Positions 53,301 through 63,480 of a stretch of 64,000 nucleotides of DNA are shown in pieces (the first letter of the stretch is position 1; every line of letters begins with the position of its first letter). Made by a program: the position numbers and the translations under genes. Source of the DNA: Oopsacas minuta (lineage: Eukaryota > Animalia > Porifera). The notes under the pieces were generated by a model, which had not been told where the DNA came from, made no database searches, and saw only the letters and a program-made list of their open reading frames with translations. Location: the NCBI GenBank assembly GCA_024704765.1, contig JAKMXF010000343.1:620001-684000 (forward strand). Direction: 5' to 3'.

Positions 53301-56300
53301 AATGCTATAACTCCGTTTTTATAAGAGATAGAGAGTACTTCCAACTGATGAAGTGTACTACATGTTACGACGGACACATTGCGCATCATAATGATGACGT
53401 AACAATCGTGGGGTAATGATGAAAATTTGAGAATATTGGAATGTTTTTATCCAATTTTACAATAAACTGCGAGCGTAGCGAGCAAAATATATAAATTTCC
53501 AACTTGTGCCAACTGCTTAGTCTATTGATTAAATTTGTTTAAAGTTGCACTAGTAATTGGAGGCACTGTAAAATGAAAAATTTAACCAATACTAGTGCCT
53601 CCAATTAATAGTGCCACTTTGAACAAATTTAATCAATAGACTAAGCTGTCTGCACAGGTTGTAATTTTTTATTTTTATTTTTGTAATTTAATAGAACTGA
53701 GGATTATCGAGCTCAAAACAGAAAGATTTCAAGGAATATTCCTCGTGAACTCGCCACATTGCTTGTCGATATAGAAGGACTCATGGTTAATAGCTTCACC
53801 TTATTTGATAACTTTTATCACTCATTTTCTGAACTGAGGGTAAGGTTACTTGATTCTATTATCTCACTAATATTTTATCCAATTCATAATCGAGTTATCA
53901 AAATCTGCTATTGATTTCTCGAATTAGCCCCAAGCTGCGCTGTTGCATGAGTAATTTACCCCTTCAACAATATACATATTTCCCTTATTGAGAGGATCCA
54001 ATTCACATGCATCAGCTAACCTAGCGGTTCCCAACCCTTTTCACCCGTTGACCACTTACAGCAATTTAACACATTCTGTTGACCCCGCCCATAGACTGTT
54101 TTCGACTTTTGAGATCCTGTTATCCTCTGCTCACATCCGCGGATCACCAAGGGGTCCATGGACCCCAGGTTGGGAACCTCTGAACCGCCTATTTGCAGAT
54201 TTTTTACTGTTTATACATATGTACTATATTTGTAGAAATCTTTGGGGTTGAATCAAGAAGCTTCAATTATTCAATGTTTGAAGAGTATCTACAGTCGTGA
54301 TCCCAATATGAAAATCCGGCTTACTAAAACAGAAACAAATGAAGTTAGTCAACTCCTAATATACTATTCATTCTATAATTTCTCGTTTATTTACATATTA
54401 TCTATTTTCTCATATACAGTGGAACCTGCATAAAGCGACACCTGTATAATCCGAGAGATCTTTATGAAATAGCTTCAGACAATACAAATTCACCTGCATA
54501 ATCCAACAATTTGGTACACCAACTAAATTATCACGCCCCAACGGGTGTCGGTTTATGCAGGTTCCGCTGTACTCTTACTCACGGCGTCGCGTAAATCTAT
54601 CATAGTAGCTATACGCTATTCCCTCGCAATTTCCCCCGCCTTCCTAGTGCACTTGCCCTGGTGCCTGTTGGAAAATTTGCCCCGGGCCAAAAGTGTTCTG
54701 TCTTATTTTTTAGAAATAGAGCTAATCCATCAAATACTTTCTAACACCTCCAAAGCGTGTGAGGGGATACATAGCATATAGGGAACTTTCACACTAATCT
54801 ATTAGACAGTTGTGCAGACAACTCTAATGCAACTTAACGGACGCTGGAGCATGAACTTTTGTTTCTAGATAGGTACAAAGTTTTTACCCGGACCAACTTA
54901 GACTGCCAAAACTGGCCCATTGGGACCACATTTGGACTGTTGGACAAGTTCAGGCGACCTAATGTGGGCCGGCTGGAACAATTTTGGCGTGAAAGGCCCC
55001 TAGCAATTGTTGCTCAAATCTTATACTGCGATTATTTCGTTTGAGCTCTACCAACCGTTAAGGGAACAGGGAACTTAATGTATTACAATCCTATTGGAGT
55101 GTTTCCCCAGGGTTCATATATGATTTTGATTTGGGGGGGGGGGAAGAAAAAAATGGTGACTGGAAAACAGTAGTTTGCGAAAGAATAGGTCTCGCGTGTA
55201 CTCCTAGTGGTACAGCGTACACTAGATGTTTTTCAAGGGGTACACCGATAGATTTCAAAATTAAATACAAAGAATACGAATAATTACCAAATCAATAGTG
55301 CCCACCGATCAAATTATTACACTGTCCGACAAAATTTGAAAGTTTTTTGCTTCTTGGACATTATATATTGCCTTATAACTTTCGATTATGGTGAGTCCGA
55401 ATCTGAATTCTGTTATACTCCAACACGTAACAATTTTATTCGCAAGCTGCATTTGTCAGAATTATGAAGTTGTCAGTTGTAAGAAAAATTGATATTTTAA
55501 TATTGTCTCTTGTTAGAATTCTTTGGTGTCTGATAATAATTGTCAGAGTAACCACAGTACAGATTACTTTTGTTATTTGTTAACGAATTTGTCATTTGTG
55601 TTGTTTGTTATATTTCTGGTGTTAAGTCAATCTAAAATCTAAACAATGAAATACACATTCACAAATTGATTATACTAACTTTGTATTCTAATTGATAATT
55701 GAGTTCAAACAGTTAATAAATAAACTCTGACAATTACAATTAATAAGAGTAACAAGTTGAATACCGACATGTGACAATATTACAAAAGTCCATTCTGACA
55801 TATGACAACTATTATCAGAGACCAGTTGAATTTTAAAGAATTCAACTCGCAAACTTGGAAAATGGCATAAATTACCAAAATATTTCTACCTAAATATCAA
55901 GTAGTCATGTAAAACCTGGAGGATTATTAAACTAGCGGTTGTTTTGAATTCATTGATTATAAGAAATAGCTCTGTATTGGCTAAACCAGGTATTTATATG
56001 GCATTTTACGATCTTTTGTGATCTTTCTCATTTTTGGATGTATAATTCGAATTTCGTTAGTAGAATGACCAATTTAGCCTATACGTAGCTCGTTCTGGTT
56101 TATATTTGCTCTAGTACTCTATAGTTTAAAAATCCTCACAAGTTTACATGACTAGTTGATATTTCGGTAAATATTTTTGCCAATTTTTGTAATTTTCCCA
56201 TTTTGTATGTAAAATTCTATGAATTGTTATGTGATGGAGTATAATGGAATTCAGCATAGTCGATAGTACATAAGGCAATTTATAGTGTCCAAGAAGCAAA

Positions 56301-57388
56301 AACTTTCAAAATTTGTCGGACAGTGTTATCAAACCTTTACAGTTATAGTTTAGCACATAATTATTAATTTATTAGTGAAAGCTATATTGTAACTCCCTAT
56401 TTTGATCATAATATATTGAAGTTCACATAGCTGCATAGGATCTTTGTTTAATGTTATATGTTCAACATCATTGTTTTATACACAAAACAATAATAAACAT
56501 ACGAAAATTCAAAGTTTCTCATGGGAATAATTGTGCCTGGGGGGAGTTCCAGCCCCATTTTGTCTGAAACCCTGCCCCCTACAAAAATGGTTCCCCCATA
56601 TGATTATGAAATATTTAACCATGAATGGTGGGTTTCGTATATCTGCTTGGATGTTGTTCTAAGATATTTTGAGGCACTCCTCTCTTTGTCGAGATGCTTT
56701 ATGCTCTAATGAGACTGTATTGGAATGAAAAGCTTTCTTTCCAATTGGCCATCATAATGATGACGTAACCATAGCGCACGTGATGATAACATATCAAATG
56801 TTCAAATATTGATATTGGACCAAAAAATGTTGTATACAATTTCAAAAATTGGCATTACGTCAGAGACTTTGTCAATAATTACAGTCTGTGCCGATGGCAT
56901 GGTACATTAGTTGAATTTGTTTATAGTGACACTATTTGTGTAGGCACTCTATCTATCATCTATCTTAGTTAGATTTACCTTACTTTTGAGTCTCCAATTA
57001 ATAGTGTCACTTAAATTAATTCAACTAATATACTATATTGTCAGCACATACTGTATTTTTATATTTTTTTATTATATATTATCTAAATTAGTATCTGATT
57101 GAGACGGAGATTGGAGATAAACTTGAATCTAACAGGAGTATTAACTTATTGAGAGAACTGGTTAATCAGTGTGATAGGGTATCATCGTTATCTCCGCAAA
57201 TGCTTACTGCCCTTGAAAAGGCAACACATAATTGTAGGAATGTGCTGAGATTGAATGCAAAAGTTCTCAATTCAACCATTGGTAGCTCTTATAAACTTTT
57301 TGATATGGCAATGGTAGTGGGGAGTGTTTGGACTCAAGAGACAAGATTAAAAGAAACATGTGTGGAAGTTCAACTCACTCTAGACCTA
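26399..57388 (+). CDS. PLCL: Phosphoinositide phospholipase C of the PLC-delta/PRIP (PLCL) group: RVxF-PH-EF-X-Y-C2-PRIP-type C-terminal extension; 21 exons, >=990 aa; final exon/stop unresolved
   Basis: Hand-assembled GT-AG exons, all phases compatible, 2970 nt: 26399-26480, 30353-30499, 31024-31221, 31671-31704, 32248-32377, 33575-33675, 41680-41746, 42655-42745, 42862-42979, 43720-43805, 45011-45131, 45845-46013, 46866-47090, 48498-48591, 48667-48846, 49889-50127, 50418-50598, 50986-51142, 53695-53839, 54236-54343, 57092-57388. Motifs: [99 protein letters not shown]. The PLC call is near certain; the PLCL subfamily call is about 0.75. Confidence 0.95.
30605..30755. mobile_element. hAT-type MITE in PLCL intron 2
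   Basis: TIRs CAGGACTGGATCCAGG / rc CAATGACGGATCCATG; TSD TGTTCAAC (30597-30604) vs TGTTCAAT (30756-30763). Confidence 0.75.
35586..38315 (+). CDS. Uncharacterised intronless coiled-coil protein (~909 aa from ATG 35586; frame open from 35424), nested in PLCL intron 6 on the same strand
   Basis: A 963-codon stop-free frame in very AT-rich DNA. N-terminal heptad-rich region, S/T/N/Q-rich middle, short coil [35 protein letters not shown], helical C-terminal domain. It lies inside intron 33676-41679. Confidence 0.88.
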   Translation: MDKILCSKSKQQQIDAILCNYEGERKQQHQEETKDELVKIRQRVDLMMEVYDNELENRTESSQIEFFNSLEEVQRIFENKQVKSNYLNQFRVFVVGLQSGFEKKHAILHSLCDSLSQLQDRFALDTIDSSHSEASLNQYSIDGALSTLHRSIQRLDGIKSAMRKVFKIQNTNVETEISSENVQESLDMAEEEMKSISSSLNKMRKLVAVSNNKIQSLHSRVEKTDQENRILKSLLRQLQDIPSVSNHLDENTSQSIKEMIMSSEQDSQYLTTSKSRIIYSPTNSIPHDTQHTTAPTSNKQTSAHKQISDLNINSVKSSNESKVQQESEIPELRKQIFRRQYAQKIDTRIVSDQRSLSPSSNNHIEPLLSDICIPLPEAPGSDSEIEGNIQKVLVNPTQQNTTTATIMETLHSLVQTYNSRNLVSSTNRSRSNHNINQFDNVTLQQQTHTTSLRNSPISIKHPDVLHSPPSMSCDKINSFLDSNTSDLPAIISSNCMDSVCLALREQLQALQQLRIQEARDFKRRIYSMQMELNNFRIHKPQTILNQFASSHQSGSEYNTESSYVDNKFIQPNLATNRGGNPSIEISEILSLISEIHNVFIDVVTQSSKDDTDSLQTLKFSSVNMNISNVWLNLKRSLAHLTGLVDTEVTINGAVDSVHNVIHDTYLKLFDASFSEQSNIRLREVFLQIEDSFQKFAHRESLEQPSEVSLFTQLDIANNCKTLDNCDIARSITSSKKLFIVALSNFYTNLTFLRWSIFKRFLTKYSNLSLAIRCDDQELKEIIKQEMSRFKISEQRILHQILMRRVFIAKRLTEELILLEKSTGKYFIKPIYTLPNHKPTPPLVLAISSLSSNTSKGVPKIFNKYEYHSTDLCTQPKSMMRQELSLHSAHISCPITAATWKPKLAYLPDN
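38517..38945. repeat. Head-to-head pair of family A fragments just 3' of the nested gene
   Basis: AGCCGTTTTGCTTGCTC ... GAGCAAGCGAAACGGCT (16/17 inverted match); the interior switches from forward to reverse family A sequence. Confidence 0.55.
40666..41606. mobile_element. Foldback-type (near-palindromic) non-autonomous element, ~0.94 kb
   Basis: Perfect 20-bp inverted repeat AAAGATAAGGCCTGATCACT at 40677-40696 and 41575-41594; an inner arm at ~40855-40935 pairs with ~41175-41260; no clear TSD. Confidence 0.75.
42989..43288. mobile_element. hAT-like insertion at the 5' end of PLCL intron 9
   Basis: TAGAGGTCGCAAGC left end (also at ~57574), CGGGC-rich subterminal repeats, 8-bp TSD TTAGTTGC (42981-42988) vs TTAGTTGT (43289-43296). 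The right TIR is degenerate. Confidence 0.6.
46121..46436. mobile_element. hAT-type MITE with ATCGAT/ATCCA subterminal repeats
   Basis: TIRs CAGGGATGCTAATCCAATCCAATC / rc CAGGGATAACAATCCAATCCAATC; TSD CTATTTAC (46113-46120) vs CTATATAC (46437-46444). Confidence 0.85.
52720..53500. repeat. Interspersed repeat with internally duplicated units rich in TGACGTCA
   Basis: Duplicated unit TTCCAA.TGATGAAGTGTA...GGACA...TGACGT.A at ~53119 and ~53339; GCGAGCGTAGCGAGC at ~53470 (Helentron-like end motif); related piece at ~56740-56800. Confidence 0.55.
54417..54569. mobile_element. 153-bp pogo/Tc1-type MITE in PLCL intron 20
   Basis: TA|CAGTGGAACCTGCATAAAGCGACACC ... GGTGTCGGTTTATGCAGGTTCCGCTG|TA. Confidence 0.88.
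55320..56325. mobile_element. Non-autonomous CACTA/CMC-type element
   Basis: CACTG...CAGTG termini, ~55-bp TIR (CACTGTCCGACAAAATTTGAAAG...TTGCTTCTTGGACA), 3-bp TSD TTA at 55317-55319 and 56326-56328, many internal TGACA/TGTCA repeats. Confidence 0.8.
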
Positions 57389-60300
57389 GTTAGCAATTTT
57401 ATATATATATATATATATTTAACTTTTATTTATTTATCGTATTCTACCTCCTATGATACACCTATCAATGGTTGTCAGTCGGATCCTGTTTGGGCATAGG
57501 TGAGTATTTGATGCGAGAATTGTTCAAATCTCACACCCTCCGGGCAGTCTGATATTCTGGTTACTGACTCTAGTAGAGGTCGCACCGAGGCGAGTTTTTT
57601 GGCCAGAAGCATATCTACAACATGGTTTAGAATGTTTTCTAAAATTTATAATTGAATGAAAATTGATGAACCAGAAATTGTCATTGAATACTAATCTCAA
57701 TAATGATTTTAATTAATCATTATTGAGATTAGCATTCAATGACAATCTTTTGAGGGCCCTATTTGGACACGGCGATAAGCCCGAACAGGCCTTGAGCTTC
57801 GGCCGGGCTTGTGACTCTACTGACTACGTATATTTGAGTATTTATAAAGGCTCTTATTGCACAATTATGTAAGTATAGTTAAAGAAGTCAATGTCTCGGC
57901 ACGGAGAGTGCAGCTCAGGCCTCCGGTCATTTTCTACCTAAATACATATGATTAGTCGTTGTGCCAAATTATAGAAATCTAGCGATGGATAAACTAACCT
58001 GTAAATAACGCTGTCAAACGCCAACTGAAAATTGTGCCTGTTGACATCTATCCCTAATTTCATTTCCATCCCCCTCCATATATTCAATTTGTTTCTGAAA
58101 TTCATCTTGGTGTAATTGGACAGTGAATCTCTAGAATAGCGAGCGCATAGAGCGAGGAAAAGAATTTAGTATAGGGGGTGTGTAGGGATTTTGGCAAATG
58201 TATAGGGTAAAATGGAAGCTCCGTACAGGTATATGGGCCTGATAGGTTGGCAGGTATGTGTTACAACAAATTCATATCTGAATTTTGCGACCTTTAGCTC
58301 CTGCAAACTCATCCATCAAATCATCAAAATCGATGCTATCTAGTATTGTATTTCTTATTTAATATTTCCATGAGGCTTAGAGTGGAGATGAGCAAAAATT
58401 CTTCTCACCAGAAAAATTAGTCCCCCTAGTGTAGGCCCTGGGCAAGTGTCCAGTTAGCTCATTCATAAAGACGGCACTTTTGAATGGCCATTTAGTTAAG
58501 GGTCAATTGGAATGGATTCTCTTTTCCATATAATAGATTCTGCCACAAAAACATTAAGAATGTTACCGAATACACAGACTTGGAAACATGTTGTTACGTT
58601 TGCGTAATTCTCTAGAGTCTAGATGTTTGAATTGTGACCTTATGGGCCCCAAAAGACCCAAAACCATTGATCTTTAAGCCCTAGAGGTCAATATTTTTTC
58701 GAGAATCTATGAAGGGACTCTAATATATCCCCATTCACCTAACAATATGTATTTTAGATCATCCATAAAGTTTTTGGAGCGATAAGTACTTAAATGTCAG
58801 AGAGAAAGTATTCCAACCAACGCTGACTTAGTACAATGAAAAGTGCCCCTACAAAATTAACTCTCAACCTCTACTGTGTAAACGATTATTATTTTTTTAC
58901 AAAAATTTTAAATGGCGATCTGAGTAACTTTTTACGCTGAATCCGACTTAGAAGAATAGAATATTTATCATTTAGAGGTATACTAGCATTCCATATTTGC
59001 ATTCATTTCCCAAAGGATAACCTAAAATCTTGTGGTATAACAGGGAGTCGCGCAAAAGACTTTTTGTACATGGGATACATCTTGACATCTCTAAAAACAT
59101 ATCTAAAACAGAAAATGTTCTGGAACATTGGATGTTTTATGCCACCCTAGTCATTGGGGCCCGTAATGGAGGCTCAGCCTCCTCAATCTTTATCATATTT
59201 TCCGATAACTTAGGGGCTTTGAAGAATAGTAATCGATGTATGGTGATACAGCCGACAAGTAAATATACTAGACTGGTTATCCCTATTGAAATTTAGTTAT
59301 TTTCTTTAATTTTCATTAAATTTTTACTATTATCACTTATTGAAGGATCTCTCCCATATTATGGATGTATTTAGTTTTGGAAACTACACTTAAACCATAA
59401 ATCATCTAATATACTTAAATAAAATATGTGATATATTTACAACCTAAATTCTGATGGGAGGATATATAATTATATAGCCCCTAACCCTTCTGGGAGCGCT
59501 ACTGGGCTTTGGTGTTTCAGTTTATATATCTATTTTGGGGAGGAGCGCGTAACCAAAAATTCATTTGAGGGAGGGTGAAAATTTTCTAATATCTAAATAT
59601 ATAAGAAAGTCTGGGATTCTATCGTTATGATTTGTAATTTGAAAATAAATATTTTAAAATGGCTGACTTACCCAATTTAATTTAAATGAAATATAAACAG
59701 ATTCGTCTATCCATTTCAATCAAATTTCGTTAGAAAATTTTCAAGTTGTAATATAAAACACCAAAGAAATTTTCAATGCTCGCTGTAAATTCATGTCAAT
59801 TCCACACCTCCACAAAATATTTCTTAGATTATCAATAAAAGAAATCAAAAATTCAATATGGTATAATATCGATATAACTTACAAAAAATGATTAGGGTGC
59901 TCAAGATATTCCAGGAAGCGCTCAGTACCCCTTGGCAACGTGATTTTGGTATATCCACTGATTATTACATAGCCTCTCCATATGGGAATCGCTCGCGCCG
60001 CCTATGACCCTAGTATGTATGTATATTTTGATGCATCAGTTGTTCCTTGAGGTTGAAAACACAAATCGCTTAGGACTAATTATGTTATCTGTACGGTATC
60101 GTGTATAAGGGCAACCTCTGAGATACGGCACAAAATTATTCTCCCGATGATGCCGTATCTCGGAGGTTTACCATCCATATCAGTTGGCTTTAGGCACATG
60201 AAGTGCGTATATTTTTAGCGTATGGGAAGTCATATTGAAGGACTCCGTAGATAACACGGATTCACCTAAATTCTTTGTGGAATGTAAGTTATCCGATTTC

Positions 60301-60525
60301 ACACATTTCCGTATATAGTAATATCCTTATTATATCGACATCAGTTAGCTTTAGACAGATATAATGCACTAATTTCACTTCGAGCCGGATGAATATCCTA
60401 CATAATTGTAGAAATACATGTCATCAGTCCAGACTCCAGAAAAGCATATATTTTGGAAATGTGCCAATTTTTGCTTAGTAAGCACTAATCTAAGAAATTA
60501 TTTACTCTAAATTGATCTGTCTTAG

Positions 60526-60836
60526 ATGTATGTATGTATGTATGTATGTATGTATGTATGTATGTATGTATGTATGTATGTATGTATGTATGTATGTATG
60601 TATGTATGTATGTATGTATGTATCGGTATGTATGTATGTATGTATGTATGTATGTATGTATGTATGTATGTATGTATGTATGTATGTATGTATGTATGTA
60701 TGTATGTATGTATGTATGTATGTATGTATGTATGTGAATGTATGTATGTATGTATGTATGTATGTATGTATGTATGTATGTATGTATGTATGTATGTATG
60801 TATGTATGTATGTATGTATGTATGTATGTATGTATG
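60526..60836. repeat. (ATGT)n microsatellite, ~310 bp with two interruptions
   Basis: Directly visible; abuts a reverse-oriented family B fragment (~60840-61050). Confidence 0.98.
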
Positions 60837-61560
60837 ACTCAATGGTCTACTGTATATTATATTATCACCATTCTGATATATCTTAGCATTTTGAGTGCCG
60901 CTCCTATAGGAATGGCCAATTGGCATGGATGTGCAATGTGCGTAGATCCGTTCGTCCACCAATCCTGCAAAATATAGTAGGCCGATAGAATTAAAATTGG
61001 TAAAGGTATATAGGTACATTTTGGGCCGGAGATTTGCACCTACGTTATATAAAATCTTAAAATATGGGCTTATCGCACAGAAGATAAGTCTCTCATGTTA
61101 AGCAAAGTTAGAGGTAATTCTTAATAAGTTATGGCTATCACTAATATAAATTAATATAAAGATGGTTCCACCACTTACCACCATTCAGTCTATTTTCCAC
61201 CAGTTTCCACCATTCAGTCAAACCTGTTAAATATTGCATCTTTCATCAAAGAGTAGAGATGAAATGATCTATAGATGCATTTATGCAAAAGTTAGCTTGT
61301 TCTTGAGTTACATTATAGACAATGGGGCATTTTTATGAATATTCAATAATAACTCTATAATCGTGGATTTTTTTTCAACCAGACAATGGTAGAAAACTAT
61401 GGCACCATGGATCATTAGGATTGTCAATCGACCCTATTTTCCTGGCGTTCTAAATCATTGAATGTAGTGGATTTCATTAAGGATTTTTGTATATTTAATC
61501 TCTAAGCCAATACTATTTTTACTTTTTAACAATTACGCTAATGAGGAAAGGTTAAGCAAT

Positions 61561-62090
61561 TAGAGCCCTGAATGAGACCGTAACAAGCTGGGAAATCCCA
61601 GGAATTTTTGGACTAAGAGAAACCTGAGTTTGTCCTAACTTGTGTTGAAATTTTGGAAAATGTCCTAACTTAAAATTGGATTTAGTCCTAACTTCTAAAT
61701 TGGAATTTGATCTAACTTTTGATATTGGATTTTGTACTAACTTTCAAAATGTTTAGGGGGACGCGGATTAGTAGATAAACCAGCTAAAAAATTGTTGGCT
61801 ACCTCATGGTTGTTGGCTTGTGTATTTTCAAGGAAATATAGTAAATTATGGGACAAATTGAGCATCTGAGTTTTCTGTAAAATTCAGTACTTGAGTTTAG
61901 GACAAATTCCAGCGAATCAATCCAATATCGCAATTTAGGATACAACCCAATTTCGAAAGTTAGGACCAAATCCAATTTATGTTAGGACATTTTCCAAAAT
62001 TTCAATTACAAGTTAGTACAAATTCCAATCCTGATGCTTAGGACAAAATCCCAAATTTTTAGGACAAATTCCAGCTATCTTGCTCTAAGC
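61561..62090. mobile_element. MITE-like element with mirrored arrays of a TCCTAAC motif
   Basis: GTCCTAACT repeats at ~61630-61745 are mirrored by AGTTAGGAC/TTAGGAC repeats at ~61895-62070; TAGAGC...GCTCTA ends; no clean TSD. Confidence 0.6.
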
Positions 62091-62766
62091 CTAACGGATC
62101 AATACCTTGGGCAAGACTATGAATCGAGGTCAGCTTTTAACGTTCGAGATGGCTGTAGCCCCCTAGGCATGGAGCAAGGCTTGCTCTCCGGACAGAAATG
62201 TGTCATAGATGATAAATTATATTTTTCATTAGTTATGAAGGAAGGTCCAACGGATTGAATAATTATTAGGTTAGCTCTCGATCATTTAGGGATGCAAGGT
62301 TGGATTCTGTTAGCCTGTTAATCGGTTAACCGAAAAGTGTCATTTCCACCAATATATTCAATGTTCCTTGGGGTTTGGAAGTACGAAATTATATTTAAAC
62401 GAATTTTGCTAGTTCGGTATTTATTAGATGCTACATTTTAGTTCCATATTCTAAAATTTCAATCATTCGAAAAGATATAATCGCATCACGATTGCATATA
62501 TAATAGTAGTGTATTAATATTTTCTATTTTAGTCACAAAACGCCATTGATTGTATTAAAGAATAATTGCAGCAATTAACTGGTTAACCTCTATTATCGAA
62601 AGGTTTTAACTGCCTCCTTCATTGGGTTAACCAACCCCAGCCCTGAGGGGTGGTAAATTTTCAATTTTGGCAGTTTCGTTCCCCATGGCCGCCTAACCTT
62701 GCTCCTGAACGGATTGCTGACTTATGTATTCTATAGGATGGTAAAATATTGCAGAAAATATCCAGC

Positions 62767-63480
62767 CGACAAACTGGTAGTAGTGCAGCTCAGGTTTATG
62801 TATTTCAAATTCTATTGATAAAATTCCGAATAATTATCATACAATGACCCCCTGTCTAACTTTTAACGAAATCTCTAGCATCAATTAGAAATATGTTCAA
62901 AAAATGTGAAAATATGATAAATCTAATAGATTTATATTTGAAAATGAAAATTTTGTAACCTATATACTCTACTACCCCTTACTAGCAGTTAAAATGAAAT
63001 CTCTAGTATGATTTGAAAAATAGACCAGAAGGTGTGAAATATGACTAATCATATGATAAATCATTTAGATGTAGATTTAGAAATGTCAAAATTTAAATCT
63101 ACATACTCAATGACCCTTACTAACAGTTAGAACGAATCTCTACCATGATTTTGAATAATATACGAAAAGGTGTGAAAATATGATTATTCATATGATAAAA
63201 CTGTGAATTTGTAACTTTCAGACTCTGAAATTCTCAAAATCGGACTCTACGCACCCAATTTCTCCTTGACAACATGTTGAAACCTAATCTCTAGCTTGCT
63301 TTTGTATTTTACATAGAAAGGTGTGAAATATTCCCTTTAAAAATAATCATACCCGTCGCGCAAATCTCCGACCCAAAATGTATATGTAAGCTAATTTTAA
63401 TGTTGATTCAACTGCTAGATTTCGCTTGGCCGCGCGGACGGACGGCCATGCCATTGGGGCATCTCCCTATAGGAGCAGCA
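62767..63480 (+). mobile_element. Repeat family B, copy 2
   Basis: Collinear with 16993-17760, with an internal duplicated AAGGTGTGAAA(A)TATGA unit. Confidence 0.8.

Noticed and set aside
54420-54500. Apparent PLCL exon after CATATACAG| (VEPA* or GTCIKRHL...)
   Set aside because: The AG belongs to the TA|CAGTGG terminus of a MITE with a matching right TIR; exon 20 joins 57092 in phase without it.
58980-59300. Possible further PLCL exon or separate small gene (88-aa ORF)
   Set aside because: No motif support, no convincing acceptor-donor pair and stops in the plausible frames.
60512-61019. ORFs translating as (MYVC)n or (HTYI)n
   Set aside because: Artefacts of the stop-free (ATGT)n microsatellite.
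61630-62070. Regularly spaced short repeats superficially like a CRISPR array
   Set aside because: The repeats are under 15 bp, mirrored rather than direct, with no cas genes and a eukaryotic context; they are MITE subterminal repeats.
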